Notes under the pieces: generated by a model
Told to the model about the DNA's origin: nothing
Databases searched by the model: none
What the model saw: the letters and a program-made list of their open reading frames with translations, nothing else
From: Vicugna vicugna
Lineage: Eukaryota
Assembly: GCA_013265495.1 (NCBI GenBank)
Contig: MU058636.1
Coordinates: 8,763,425-8,827,424, forward strand
DNA length: 64,000 nucleotides
Reading direction: 5' to 3'
Translations under genes and position numbers: made by a program
Shown here: in pieces, positions 25,191 to 39,269 of the stretch
Numbering within the stretch: the stretch's first letter is position 1
Layout: each line of letters begins with the position of its first letter

Positions 25191-26915
25191 AATTGCTCTA
25201 ACTCCTTTTCACCTTTTAAAAAAATTACCTAGTTTGTTTTCTATTTAACTCTTGGCAGTTTTTACTTAACATCTGGCTACAGTTGGTTCTTGTAGTGCTG
25301 AAAACACGGACAGAGAGAAATAGATTTTTTGAGTTGTTGCACCTCCTGTGTCCCCCTGGAAACTAGTGTACGTGTAAGAAATTAAAAGAAGTATATACTA
25401 TTGTCTCTTGCCATTATGTATTTAGACATTTCCATCCATTATGGCTGTGTCGTCTGGCTAACTAACTAGCTAGCTAGTTACCTATCTGTAGTTTTCTGTG
25501 AGGTGCCCACAAATGCCAGGCCCTGGGCTAGATGTCTCAAACTTTTATATGTGTTCATTTAAGTCTCACAACAAATTTGCAAAATTGCAAAGGAGTTGTA
25601 AGTAAACGTGCTATGTTACTGGATGGGAAGTGGAAAAGAGAGTACAAAGCAGTCTACAAAAAATCGTACAAATTCAGAATCCCAAGAAACACCTTCAAAC
25701 CCGTTCCTCACCAAGGAGAAGACATAACTTCATGTGTGTGTGTAAGAAGACAAGCATGTTTTGTTTGTTTCGCAACAGCCTTGTTCAGAACACAGGTTCA
25801 GGATAATGAAATGTCTTGGACAACTAATCACACCTCCGTTAGAACGAAGGTGACTATGGTGGTTGGTTAAGTACCAGAGTTGAGGTCAGATGACATGGAC
25901 CCAACTCCCAGCTTAGTGAGAGTTCCTTAGCATTGCATCTTGGAAATACTAAGTGCTCAATGAATATGCCCTGCATGAGATTACAGGGCAGCACAAAGTC
26001 AGGCAGTCTGAGCTCTTAAAAAAGTGAGCATAGAGGGCAGAAAAAGAAAAAAGGCGATGCCACAGTTATCTCACAGCTCTACTAAGACATAGTGTGCTTC
26101 CTAAGTTGAGTGTTCCCTCAACTTATAGATTTTCCTAACTATTAACCATAATGAGGCAAGAAGATGTGAAATATGAAAATGAATCCGGTTTTATTATTCA
26201 GCATCTAATGAGACATGCACGGTGCAGAAAATATTTTTAAAAGTAATTATCTCTTTATGCCAGATAATAGAAGAAGATCTGGAACTTAAAGCAAATTGAC
26301 TTGGGAGGGAAATGAAGAGGAATCAATCCATTAATAATATGGACATTTTCCAAACAGGAACATGTAAATTAGTTGCAGGTGTATTCTTGGATTGCTGATT
26401 GGAAAAAGGAATCATCCAGCAAGTGAAAGATCACTCCTCAGGGTAAATGAAATGTGCACAATGCAATATGTGAAATCAAGACAGTGCCAGAGTACTTGTC
26501 AACTATAATCATGGCCACCACCCTCCTTCCCTGACCTCATCCTGTCTGGTTCTCGTGAACTATGATTTTCAGAGATTCTTATGGCAGCTTCTTTTAGCTG
26601 TATTTCCCAGCAGCCCTCATAACGGTAATTCTAATCTACATTTCGTCTGATTACCTAGAGGTGCCAGTATGTGTGGACAGCTCAGCACTAGCATCACCAA
26701 CCGAGAACAGCTAAAGGTAAGTTTCATAAGAAGTCTAACGTAGCAGCTCACGCGCATGAGCGATAATCCTTCAAGAATGTTGTACAGAGCCTCAGGCTTT
26801 CTTTAATGTTAAACAATACAGTTTGTAACATTATCAGTATCTTTCCCCTCTTCCTTTTGCTGTACATGTCTTGAGGCTTCTTTCCGACCCAGGTGGGTTC
26901 TCATTTTACCCCAGC

Positions 26916-26972
26916 TGTGTGTGTATGTGTGTGTGTGTGTGTGTGCACGCAAGTGCGTGTGCAGACATGTGT
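26916..26972. repeat. (TG)n microsatellite with degenerate tail
   Basis: TGTGTGTGTATGTGTGTGTGTGTGTGTGTGCACGCAAGTGCGTGTGCAG. Confidence 0.9.
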
Positions 26973-29900
26973 GCTTGGGTGCAAGCAGTGTCCAATTTTA
27001 GGAATCTTGACCGAAGTCCTCAGCTATGCTCATTTCTACCTACAGCACCAGAGCACAGAGGCAACTCTACAAATTAATTTCTAGGAATAGTCCAGTTCTA
27101 TTAGCTCTCCTGGACAAATATTCAAACTTGCATATATTCCATTAGGCAACAATGCATGCAATTGTTTTAAATAGACCTTAAGTGTCAGCTGCCCTAAAAG
27201 TCAGTTTTACAGTATTTAAAATGAAAAGGAAACATGTTCTGTAACTTACAAATTCTATCTAAATTTGAAATTATCCATTGAATCCACTTTGGTGAGAGGT
27301 CAAGCCTGGAACTGGGGACACTAGTTAGGAGCCAGACAGAGCCAGAAGGCAGGAAGTGTAGAGGTAGACACTCCCACTGTCCCTGCCCTCTGATATGGAA
27401 AGTGGTCTGGGTCTTGTAGACCAGAGGTCAGTCTCCCAGATGGGTGAGGAGGACAGAGAATGGATGGGGGTCAAATGGAGAATAAAGAGAAGTTCCTTGT
27501 CTTCCATTTCTTTCATGTTCCTCCCCAAAGCAACCACTTGACACTCTCTAACTTACTCTTTTGACATTTACTTCCACATCTTTATTAAACTCATTTTCAT
27601 TGCTGGTTCTTGGTTTTCCAGTAGTAGACATTTACTGATCTCCCAATCTCAACAGCCCTGGAAAGGTGGGTGGGATGGATTCCTGCACTGAGAACTACTG
27701 GTTAACGTTTCACAATTATCCGTCTAACGTTTCTAGGTGGTTTTCAGTGTTTACAATACATCGAGAAGTAACTGATTCAGGAATAAATAATAAAATCTAA
27801 ATGGTACTTTAAAAGGAATGACTGTAGTATTATTTCAAATGCCTCAGCATTTTCTAGGCTGCCTCAAAAGGACTACAAAGTCTAAGGGCTTTAGTTAAAA
27901 AGAATAACCTGTTACTCTCCTGCTCTGAAGGTCCCAGAAGAATCTGTACATCTAGAATGAGAATAAAGCTTAAATTAATTCTTTAGTTCAAATGATCTTT
28001 TTTTCCTAATTTGACATCTTGATGTATTTTTCTCACTCATGTTTTATTTACTATTTCAGACCAGTTATACATAAAATAAGTTTTAGTTTTCTTCAGCTTT
28101 TACCGTCGTAGATTAAATGCAATGTTGGTGTTAAACGTTCTCTTGAATATATTTTAAAGATCATCATCAATACAGGATGGGTTAGATCTCATGAGTGTTG
28201 CTTTAGGAAGATATGAGGCAGGGGCCATATGCTTCCCTATTTTATAGAGGAAATATATATATAACAGTTCCAAATATAACATAACTGTCAAAGGACATGA
28301 AATCAGCTATTGGTAAAAAATAATCACCAACAGTGCAAAGCATCACAAAGATAGAATGTAAGAAAAATAAAGCTTTAGTACAGAGAGACTCTGGTTGAGA
28401 AGAAATAACTATTACCTGTCTCTTCTAGTGATTCAAGTCCAATATTAATTACATTGGGGAACGTGTCATTTTTCTCCCCCTAAAATATTTTTTGTCAAAT
28501 TATAACTATGTTTTGAGCTTTATATGTGCTAATTATTTATAAACTTTCTAAATGTGCCTCCTAAGTATGAGTATACACAGACTTTCTGCTACTTTTGACA
28601 AGTTGACAGTTTTTGTATTTTCAGAAAATCATTCCATTGAAGCTGTTTAATAAACAGTCGATTATCATCAATTATGTACCTTGTTATGTCTCTTTAACTC
28701 CACCCCCCAATCTCCAGGAGTCTAAAAATAGACCAGTTGTATGCACAAATTAAGTCTTATTTTAGACTGAAATCTAACATTTGCCAAATTTCATTATATT
28801 TAACGTCCCATTTAAAATTGTCACTAAATCTGTATTTCATGGAGAAAGCGTACAGAGATCAACAGGAGAATGTCCTAATAGTTGATGGGGTTATAGTCTT
28901 CATAACACCAATATACATCACATGAACTGAGAGAAGACTTGATTTTTCCTGCCCCTAAAATTCTAAAACTATCAGAAGCACAGAATTAAAAGAAAAACTT
29001 TACATTACTCTATATTCAATAACTTTAGGCGTCCTAGTCTTTGCTGACCTATTTATGGGAATTTATTGGTTTTTGAAGGCTGTATGTGAGCCTTTCCCCA
29101 GGTTTGGCCCTCAGTTACCTGTGTCACAAAGAGGACATTTCAGTTTAGACAAAGACTCTTTAATTGTGCCTTAAATCTGGTTTACATACCGTAGCATGGG
29201 TGAGAAAAATTTTTAAATTTCTACATTTTTCTAAAATTTGCATGAATCTTCCCTTTAGAGTCAGGAGGCATTCTTGCCGGTTCCAACCCCACTGTCCTTC
29301 TTGGGCACTTACTAGATTTGTAGAAGGGGATAATGGGAAAGGAGAGTCTTTAGTGTTTTCATTTATATTAGTATCTTCCTAGAAACTTCCACCCTTGGTA
29401 ATGAAAATAACGAATTGTTGCAAAATGTAAAAGAAAAATGACTCCATGGAGGAGATTCCATGAAGCCATTTCAAGGAAGGCAAAGGAAACAGAGGTGAAC
29501 ATCACCAGAGATTAAGTTTATGGCATGCTTTCCTTGGATTTCTCTAGTCTCTTTTACTCACATAAGTGAAAATATAAAAGATGTAAAAACTTTGGATAAA
29601 TACATAAGAAACAACATTCCATGTTTCTCTATTTTCAGATTCTCTTTTCACTAAAGTGTGAAAGCTGTCTCAAGAATGTCCTAGAGTTTTACAAAGTAGT
29701 GAAGCAAAACTAGAATGTGTCATCTCTGTCTAATTCTAATCCCAACCTGATAATAACGAGTAATTTATTAAAGTACCAAAAATCGTGGTTGGTGTCTGTA
29801 ACCACAACCCAAGACTTCCTTAAGAAAATGAGCAGATTTCCTCAGGAAAAATCCTTTAGAAACATGAAAAATATATCTGCCTTTATTATGAGACATTTGT

Positions 29901-32044
29901 TCCAAGAGTATTTATTAAATTGTCAGAGATAATATGCATAATATTTGTAGGATATTAACAATTGCTTTGTTTGTAGCATATTAACAATGCCTAGTTTGTC
30001 ATATTTTGTTAAGGATTGTTATAAGTTTTAGTACTTAACAATCATATTAGTAATAGTAATTTAGACTTGATGCTACGTTTTCTTGGTTTTTCACTTCCAT
30101 TTAAAAAAAATATATTTCCTTTCCATACTGAGTTATTTCAACTCTTTGCTTGGCTAAATACTTCTTTAAGTAATGGTTTTTCAACAAAATATGTATGTGA
30201 AAGAACTGCTGAAAAACTGATAACTTTTCATTGAATTTCAGCATGAATGAGGTGCTTGCCTAGATGGTAAGTCTTACAGTCACAGTATTTTCCCTTCAGA
30301 AAATTCTACTAGTTTATTAAATTCTCTTACTTTAAGTTTACAAAGAAAAACTCAGATTTTGTTTACGTGTTGGGTGTCTATATTTTTCCATCTAAATATT
30401 TCCAAGAGTTTTTTTTTTCTCCTTGAAAGGAAAATATTAGCCCAGTTATGCCCAGGTGTCTGTGCATTTTTTCATAAAATTTGGTAATCCCTTTCAATTT
30501 AAGATCTCCCTCTCCAGTAAAAAATTCAAAATAACCAAAACACCTCCCTAATAATCTCTAGCATACAGAGATGAAAGGAATCAGAAATGATGAGCAGCAC
30601 AGTTGAGAAGTACCTGATAAGCATGTTGAATTTGGATGTTAATCAAAAGAACCAAACCAAGCGTCTAGCTTATTAAGCAGCCAATTAGCCCAGAGGTGCC
30701 AAATATGACAAAGGAAGGTCAGTTAATAAAGGCATTTATCACAAAAAAGCTCAGTGAAGCAGAGACACCTCTCCAGAAGCTACCAGAATGTTCTCAAACA
30801 TGTAACAGTTTTTTTTTCCTTCCATTCCCCACTTTTGATCATTTTCATTATAAAATTTTATATTAAGAAAAACATAGACTGTGTTGCTCAGTAAAATGCT
30901 TACTAAGTTTACTATAGGCAGTGAAATTTAGACTCCAGGTTTATTTATACAATACAATAGCAACCAGGATCGAATGCAAGATTTAAATATTCAATGATTT
31001 TATTTCTTATAACTAAGTCTCCAATTCTGGGGAAATCTTCCATATAAAATATTAAGTCAAATATCGTTAAATGACAGCTATTTTTGTGGCTCTCTGAAAT
31101 TGGGCACTTCTTATGTATTTTTTGATATATTTACTTAGGCCTATTGCAAAATGTTAATAAATACATTCAAACTCACTCATTGTATGGTTAACACATCTCA
31201 TGCCTGTATGTGCTGGCAAATACTAAAACAGCAATGTTTACTACTAATTGGAGATAAGTTAAAGGAATACAGAGTATTCCAACATTTCAAAAAGTTATTT
31301 TGCCACTCTTTATTAATGCATCAAAATCTGAAGACCAGAAAGAACAGGAAAGGTGTGTCTTTAAGGTTTCGTCTGCACTAACAATAGTGTGAGGGCACCT
31401 CATCCTCTAAGTTCCACAAAATGTACCCCAGAAAGTGATATTTTTTACTCCTTCCAAGCGATGCTATAATTACTGTGTCACTAACAGACCATAATCGTCC
31501 CTCTTTCCACATCTGTAAGGACACCTGCTCCGTGAGAGCAGGCACTTACGCCTGACTGACTAAGATGAATCTTTAATGACAATACACTTAATAAGGCCTG
31601 AGCTGCACAGTTCTCTTGCCCGTTTATGTCCTGGTAGCAAAGAAAATTGATTCCCTGTGCAAAACAAAAGGATGCTGTCAAAACACTCAATGTAATATCT
31701 AGTCATCATCTGAGGTAGTTTTGTTTTTTTAAAAAGTCAGTTGTTATCATTCAAATATCTTGCATGATAATTATAGTCTTCACCCGTGAGACTGTCTAAA
31801 AATTTGACTTTTTATTGATATTTGTACTAGCAAAACTCAAGCGTAGAGTCACCTGTGAAGGGAGAGTTGTGATTTCTCTAGGTTTATCCTTATTGCAAAA
31901 AGCCCTTATCTAAACCTCAGTTACCAGAGTCATTATCTTTAAATTCCCAAGGACTTATTAGCTTCCAGGAAGTTATTAGTATTGACCTACTGAGATTACC
32001 TACATAATGCTTTCCATTGAGGTGGATTCTGGAGAGATGCGCTT

Positions 32045-32600
32045 GTATTTATTTTCTATGCTGAGTAACAAATTACCACAAACTTAGTGGATTAACACCA
32101 CTCGTGTTTATTATCTCACAGTTTTTGTGGGTCAAAAGTTCAGTCACTGATTACAATTTAATAAGGCTGCAATCAATGTGTCAACCAGGCTGGGATTTTA
32201 TCATAGGCTGGACTAGGGAAAGAGCTACCTCCAAACTGCCTCAGGTTGTTGGCAGAATTTCTCTTTCTTTTTAAATTTTTTTAAAATTTAAGTATAGTCA
32301 GTTTACAATGTTATGTCAATTTCTAGTGTATAGCATAATAGTTCAATCATACGTATACATACATATATTCATTTCCATATTCTTTTTCATTATTGGTTAC
32401 TACAAGGTATTGAGTATAGTTCCCTGTGAATTTATTTCTTGGTGGCTATTGGATTTCTGGGAGCTTGCATCTTCAGAACTGGATAGGGAGGCAGACACAC
32501 ATAGACATGCACACAGAGGCTTTAGCAAGATAAACACTCCACTGTGTCTGCATACACATAATCAAGTATAGCCCATTACCTTTGCCATAATCTGTTGGTT
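32045..32600 (-). mobile_element. MLT1 (E/F/G-like) MaLR LTR, interrupted by an L1 3' end
   Basis: TGTATTTATTTTCTATGCTGAGTAACAAATTACCACAAACTTAGTGG...CAGGTTGTTGGCAGAATTT, resuming after 32428 and ending CCTTTGCCATAATCTGTTGGTT. Confidence 0.75.
32270..32428 (-). mobile_element. Camelid/artiodactyl L1 3' end
   Basis: TTTAAGTATAGTCAGTTTACAATGTTATGTCAATTTCTAGTGTATAGCAT...TACAAGGTATTGAGTATAGTTCCCTGTG. Imperfect flanking GAATTT..TTTCTT duplication. Confidence 0.85.
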
Positions 32601-32604
32601 GTAT

Positions 32605-35477
32605 AAATAATATAGGTCAGAAACTTGGATCTATATAAAGAAAGGGAAAACATTGAAGGTTGAATACATGAAGGTAAAACGGAAACTTTTTATATTTCTT
32701 ATTCTTAATTGATTAGATAGTAGTTTGTTCAAAATAACAACAGCAACAATATATTCCAATATGCATGCATAAGTATATACCTTAGGTATATATACCCATA
32801 AAGTGTATAGTATTATTTGAAAGTGGACTTAAATTATTTGAAGATGTACATTGCAAAGCCTAGGACAACCACTAAAAAAAGAAAATAAAAAAGAAATGTA
32901 ACTAATATGCTAAGAAAGAAGAACAATGGGATCATATAAAATACTCGATTATAATCGCAAAAGGTAGATAAACAGTGGAAGACAAAAATAGGAAACAAGA
33001 GCAGGGACAACAAACAGAAAATAGTAATAAATATATTAGATATTATATTAATAGTGACCACTTGAATGTCAATTGTCTATATATACCAATTAAAAGACAG
33101 GTTGTCAGGGTGAATCAAAAATTATGACCCAACTGTATACTGTCTAAAAGAAATCCACTTTAAATACAAAGACACATATAGGTTAAAAGTAAATGGATGC
33201 TAAAAATATATCGTTAACATTAATCAACAGAAAAGAGGAGTAGCTATATTACATTCAGACAGAGCAGACTTCAAAGTAAGAAACTTACCAAGGACAAAAA
33301 AGAGCACTACATAATGATAAAGGGGCTAATTCTCCAAGAAGACATAAAAATCCTTGACACATATGTGCCTAACGATGGAGCATTAAACTACATGAGGCAA
33401 ATGCTAATAGGACGATAAGGAGAAATAGTTGAATCTACTATCATATTTATAGACTTAAACACCCCTGTCTCAGAAATAGACAAATCCAGAAAGCAGAAAA
33501 TTAACAAGGACATAGTTGAACTCAACAACACCCTCAGTTAACTGGATGTAATGGACTCTATAGAATGCTTCATCCAGTAACAGCAGAATACATGTTTTTC
33601 TCAAGCTCACATGAAATATTCCTAAATGTTCCAAACCATAGACACACCTTAATAAATTTAAAATAATAGAAATCAAAGTGTCTTCTCTAAGTTTATATCA
33701 AAATTAAACTAGAAATCAATAACAGAAAGATAGATGAAAAAAATCCCCCCAAATGTGGAGACTAATCAACACATTTCTAAATAACACATGGGTCAAAGAA
33801 GATATCTCAGGATAAATTCAAAAATATTTTGAACTAAATGAAAATAAAAATACAACTCATCAAAATTTGAGGGAAGCAGCAAAACCAGTGCTTAGAGGGA
33901 AATTTATAGCATTGAATAAATATACTAGAAAAGAAGAAGCTCTAAAATCAATAATATAAATTTCAACCTTAGGAAAGAGAAAAAGAAGAGCATATTAATT
34001 TCAGAGTAACCAGAAGAAAAAAATAATAGTAATTAGACAAATCAGTAAAATTGAAAACAGGAAATCAATAGAGAAGATAAAACCAAAAGCTGATTCTTTG
34101 AAAAGATCAATGAAACTGATAAGCCTTTAGCCAGGTTAAGAAAGAAAGAACACAAATTACTAATATCAGAAATAACAGAGGGACATCACTACAGATTCTA
34201 TGAACATTAAAAGGATAATAAATCCTATGAACAGCTCTATGCCCACAAATCTCATAACCTAGTTGAAATGGACCAATTCCTTGAAAGACATAATCTGCCA
34301 AGACTCACACAAAAAATTAGATAATCTGAATAGGTCTATATCTATTAGTAAAATTATATCGATAATTAATAACCTTCCAAAACAGAAAGCACCAGGCCTA
34401 GATGGGTTTTCTGGTGAATTCTACCAAATATTTAAGGAAGAAATTATACTCATTCTTCCCTATCTCTTTCAGAGGATACAATCAAAGAATATACTCCCTG
34501 ACTTATTATATGAGGCTGCATTACTCTCATAACAAAACTGGACAAAGATGTTATGAGAAAAAAAAAAAAAACTAGAGACCAATGTTCTCTCATGACTATA
34601 GAGGCAAAAATCACCCCTCCCCAAATTATGAAATTAAATCCAACAGTGTAGAAAAAGAATTATACAACACAGCCAAGTGGGATTTATCCCAGATGTGAAA
34701 GGCTGGCTTAACATTGCAATTGTCAGCCATCACATCAACAGACAAAAAGAAGTCACATGATCATATCAATAGCTTCAGAGAAAGTATTTAACAAAATCCA
34801 ATCCTAGGAATAGAGGGAACTTTCAACTTGATAAAGACTATCTATGAAGAACCTATAGCTAACATCATACTTAATGGTGAGAAACTCAAACTGGCCCACT
34901 AAGAACATGTACAAGGCAAGGATGTCCCCTCTCACCACTCTTTTTCAACATTGTACTAGAAATCCTTGCTAACGCAACCAATAAAAGGAAATAAAATGCA
35001 TACAGCTTGAGAAGAAAGACATAAAACTCTGTTCACAGATGATATTATGTCTCTGTAGAAAATCTGAAAGAATTCACACTTGAAAAAATCTTGGAACTAG
35101 TAAGTGATCATAGCAAAGCCGCAGGGTACAAAGTTAATATACAAAAGTCAATTGTTGTCCTATATACTAACAATGAAAGTGGAATTTGAAATTAAAAACA
35201 CAATACTATTTATATTAGTACCCCAAAAAGGATTACTTGGGCATACATTTAGTAAAATATGTATAAGTTCTATCTAAAAAATCCTACAAAACTCAATGAG
35301 TAAAATGACAAGAAGATCCAAATAAATGAAGAGATACTGCATATTCAGGGATATGAAGACTCAATATTGTCACAATGTTAGTTATTCCCAATCTGATATA
35401 GAGTCAGTGCAATCCTGATTAAAATTCCATCAAGTTATCGTGTTTATATTGAGAAACTGATTCTAAGGTTTATATGA
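32605..35477 (+). mobile_element. L1MC-like LINE-1: inter-ORF region and decayed ORF2 (endonuclease + RT)
   Basis: The ORF at 34263-34532 gives LDNLNRSISISKIISIINNLPKQKAPGLDGFSGEFYQIFKEEII (L1 ORF2). ACAAGGCAAGGATGTCCCCTCTCACCACTC (RQGCPLSPL) lies at ~34911. Many stops and frameshifts. Confidence 0.95.
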
Positions 35478-35755
35478 AATTCTCTGTTCAGTTTCCTTAA
35501 TCAGGGAGGCCACCAGCTCTGCTTGTCCCAGTGTCCACCTTGCACAGGCTCTGTAAACTCTTCCCAGAGAGCAAGTGGGAGCTTTCATAGAATTCATCTA
35601 ATTCCTCACTATCAGAAATCACTATTTTTGTGTGGCCTGTTTTTCACTGTCTGGAAAACATTGTTTTGAATTCTCTGTTCAGTTTTTTATTTTGATTTTC
35701 TTAAGATGGGAGTGTAAATCCATCTCCTGTTCCTCCATCATGAGCAGAAGTCGAC
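35478..35755 (-). mobile_element. Old L1M 5' end fragment (antisense)
   Basis: CTGGAAAACATTGTTTTGAATTCTCTGTTCAGTTTTTT...GGGAGTGTAAATCCATCTCCTGTTCCTCCATCATGAGCAGAAGTC resembles the antisense L1M 5' terminus. Confidence 0.6.
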
Positions 35756-36199
35756 CCCCATTAGTATTTCCACTCAAGAACTCAGTTCTGAGACTCAGAC
35801 TTTTGAGGAGAGGGTAATTCCCAGCTGCTGGTGTTAGTATTATGCAAAGATGCTGTTTCAAGGAGTCTGGGACAAATGGACCTTAGTTCCAACTGTTCCG
35901 GGATCTAACTCGTACTGCTGGAGCAGTGTAGCCGTGTGATACTGAAAGAAAGAGCAAACAAAATAAAAAGGATCAAGTTCTTCCTTCAGTCTCCCTCTCC
36001 TGCCTTTTTTTCATTAGAAACCAACTGGGAGCCATCTGGCAAAAGAAAAAATACGGCTTTCTAACCCCCGCTTCACAAAACAGAGTGTAAGGGTTATGAG
36101 TGGTGCTGTGCTCTGACTCTACAGAACTTTTATGATTGCCAGAGGACATGAAAGTAATAAAAGGTACCACCTCAGAGAATACTTAGGACCTCTATTCGT

Positions 36200-36660
36200 C
36201 ATGCTCACCAACAGGCCATTTAATCACTGATAATTAAAATACATCACCCCAACCAGTGAGAGCCACCCTCTTTCTTTACATTTTGGTTCAGGGTCATGAG
36301 GAAAACACAATGGCCAGGTGGCAGTATCAGCTTCCAAATCAGCTTCTAACTCAACTATTGTTTGGCCTGTTGGCAGAATCATCCCTCCCTTGGCAATGAG
36401 GACCCCCGAATCAGCAGAGCTCAATATTGTAAAAAACGGAAAGCATCAATTCTGTGAATGAGTAATTAGGTGAATGAATGAGCGAAAGCTCTCTCGCTCC
36501 CCTCTCTTGGTTTCCAGATCTACGTGTTCTGGCTGTTTGAAGGAATAAATTGGTCACTTTTAAAGTAAGAACAAATCTGCTCTGTGGACTTAAAGCCCCA
36601 TCTATTGGGCACCCTCTTTACCACTGTTGTAGCTACTGGGGTACCTGGGTAGCAACAAAG
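36200..36660 (-). mobile_element. ERVL/MaLR internal fragment (pol C-terminal, dUTPase-like region)
   Basis: ORF 36224-36424(-) SSADSGVLIAKGGMILPTGQTIVEL...LVGVMYFNYQ resembles ERVL SAGLEVLVPEGGMLPPGDTTMIPL...LAGVIDPDYQ. Confidence 0.7.
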
Positions 36661-39269
36661 GCATCCTCAGACAGCAGTTTGAAAACTGTGGCTCTAGGAG
36701 GTTTATAAGCTGCATTCCATGACAGGACATCACTGCTTCAAAATGCTCCCCAACTTCTGTCGTAATAGAATTTTTAGATGACTATCCCACTGTACTCCAG
36801 TCTAGCCTGCAAAAGGGACATGTAATTTGCAGAGTCCCATCCTCAGTGTAAAGTAATTAGTAAGCCAGAATATAGAAGAGTAGGTTTGGAGTCAAGAGAC
36901 TATAGTTTATTAACCAGTCCTGCAAGAAGGATAGCGTGCAGACGTTATCTGCCTATGGCTCACAAGTAGAGTTTGAACTCATTCTAGGGGTTATGATCTT
37001 TGAAGGTTTTAGTAAGACAATCATACAATTTGATTTCCTTTTGAAATATCACTCTGGCTGCTCTCTGGAGAAGAGAAGCCTTTTTTGGATGTGTGCTGGA
37101 TGACATGGAGAACTGAAAATACTGTGAGACACATTAATCCGAGAGAAGATGTTGAGTAGTTGGATAACCTGATACTCAGTGAAGTGGCCTGAACTATTCA
37201 TATGAATTTGAAAGTCATCAGCATAGAGAAACTGTCTAGATAATAAGATTTAGGCCAGAGACTGGTTAAGATACCCAGAGAAAAAGTGTAGCTAGAGAAA
37301 TTGAATGAATTAGAGATAGAATTCTAGATCTTTCTAACATTTCTAAATCGGGTAAGAATGTTTGCATGTTGGGAGTCTGATTTGAAAGCCTCTGGAGGCC
37401 AAGCCGACTCTTGAACATTGTTTCCAAATAACTCTTTAAAATAATTCCCAAACATAAAATCTGGTAAGAACAGATTGACTTTGATTTAAATGGTAGTTAG
37501 TAGCTTAGTGTCCTATGTGGCACCTTTCTCAGTATTAGCTATGGTTCTGAGCCATTTACACAGAAGAGAGCTTGAAAATTCTTGCTTTAACAGACAATAA
37601 GAAGTGTAAGTTTGTCCCCTTCTATAAAAGGGACACTGGTCTCAAATAAAATTGACATTGGGGCCCAATAATCATTACAGAGTTAACATTTCTCAAATGT
37701 AGTCCGTACAAGTAGGAGGCCCAAATTTAATTTTTTAAGGTTTGATTTTCCCCCTATTCACCTCTGAATTATTCCAAAAGGGCATATTGTTAGGAGTCAG
37801 ATAAGAGTTAAAATCTCAGGCAATGAAATTTTCCTTCAAGTATCAATGAAACAAAACAGTCAATACTGCAGAGGCCTGGGGGGCTCTTCATTGTAGCTCA
37901 CACTGACAAATCCTATTGATATCACAATTACAGTGCCTTTTCCTGAGAGCCTCTCTAGATTGGTTCAGTTTCTGGAGCGGTGCCCAGGATTTGGTATTTT
38001 CAAAAGCTGCACAAATGATTCTAGATATCAGCTGCATTTTGTAGCAATGCATCTGAATGTCCCTAAAAAGGACCTTAATGAAAGTGAATTTTGGCAATGC
38101 CTTACAGTTGAATTAGCCAGTCAACAAAAGGGTAATGGCAAATGGTCACAACAATTATTTTAAAGAGTGAAAAAAAAATTTCTTTTTTTTTTACCAAACT
38201 GAGAATCAAAGAGCGAACCATTTAATTAATAATCATGTTCTTCTAGCTAATCACCACCATCTCCAGGGGAGGGTCTGCTGCACTTAGAAGGTATTTCAGT
38301 AGTCACGTAGAGTAGCTTGGTTGTCTGTGAGGACGTGTGCCCGGGACAAGCCACCCACCATGCATGTTAGTTTGCCAGAGACGTCCAGGGCCCAGAAGAC
38401 CTATCTCACATCTGCAGATCAGAGTGAGCAGTTATCAAGTCTTCAGTCTGGTCACTGTGATACGATCCCTTCTGTGACCTGTATACATTTTCCCTTTTAG
38501 TGTCCCCAACAATTCAGCTACAAGGTTTTGTCAGAAACCCCCTTAAGGTCCTTCTGATCAAAATTTAGATAATAAGGATATTTGCTAAATGACACTTAGG
38601 TGCAGTTTTCCCCCAGTTAGCAATTCAGCTAAATGAATAAATCTGTTCTATAAACACACATCTTTGCATCTACATGCATTTGTTATTGTTTATATTAAAC
38701 AAGTGTTCATTAAATGGGTAACTTTACTTATTTACTTGGTTAGTTACTTACTATAATTGAGTTTGTGCCTTCTGGAGGACTGTAGGTTATAAAATCCCAC
38801 CTATTTCTTTGATGGTTCATGAATATAAAAGTTATCATGAGGGCCTTTATGCACTGGTGCTCCTTGTAGAACAGTTGATAACCCTTTCAAATTCTCACGG
38901 AAGAAGAGAATTATGATTATAATTATAATACATCCTAGAGCCACACATAGTTAGTGGGGGATCAGAGATACAATGCAAAAAATTATTAATGTCACCAAGC
39001 TCCTACACAAAGCAACTCTCACTGCACACAAAATATTAATTTTTCATTCTCTAAACTGATGCAGTAAGGTGAGAAACATTCAGAGCATGAAGAACTATGG
39101 ATCTTATTCATACCAACACAGAATCAAGGAGAGCAGGTTGAATCTTTCACCTTCCTTTTTGTTGGGATGATGCCTTGGGGAATTTAAATCAGGACGAGGA
39201 CTCTAAAATAACAGGACAATAACAACTAAATGACCAGCCGCAGCCGCAGCAGTATTCATCATCACAATT

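Noticed and set aside
28040..29730. Downstream exons for the 26659 candidate (acceptor-like sites near 28059, 28624, 29382, 29638)
   Set aside because: Polypyrimidine-AG sites exist, but the frames I translated close quickly or give unrecognisable peptides, and no consistent exon chain could be built.
34263..34532. Protein-coding ORF
   Set aside because: Fragment of a decayed L1 ORF2, with surrounding stops and frameshifts.
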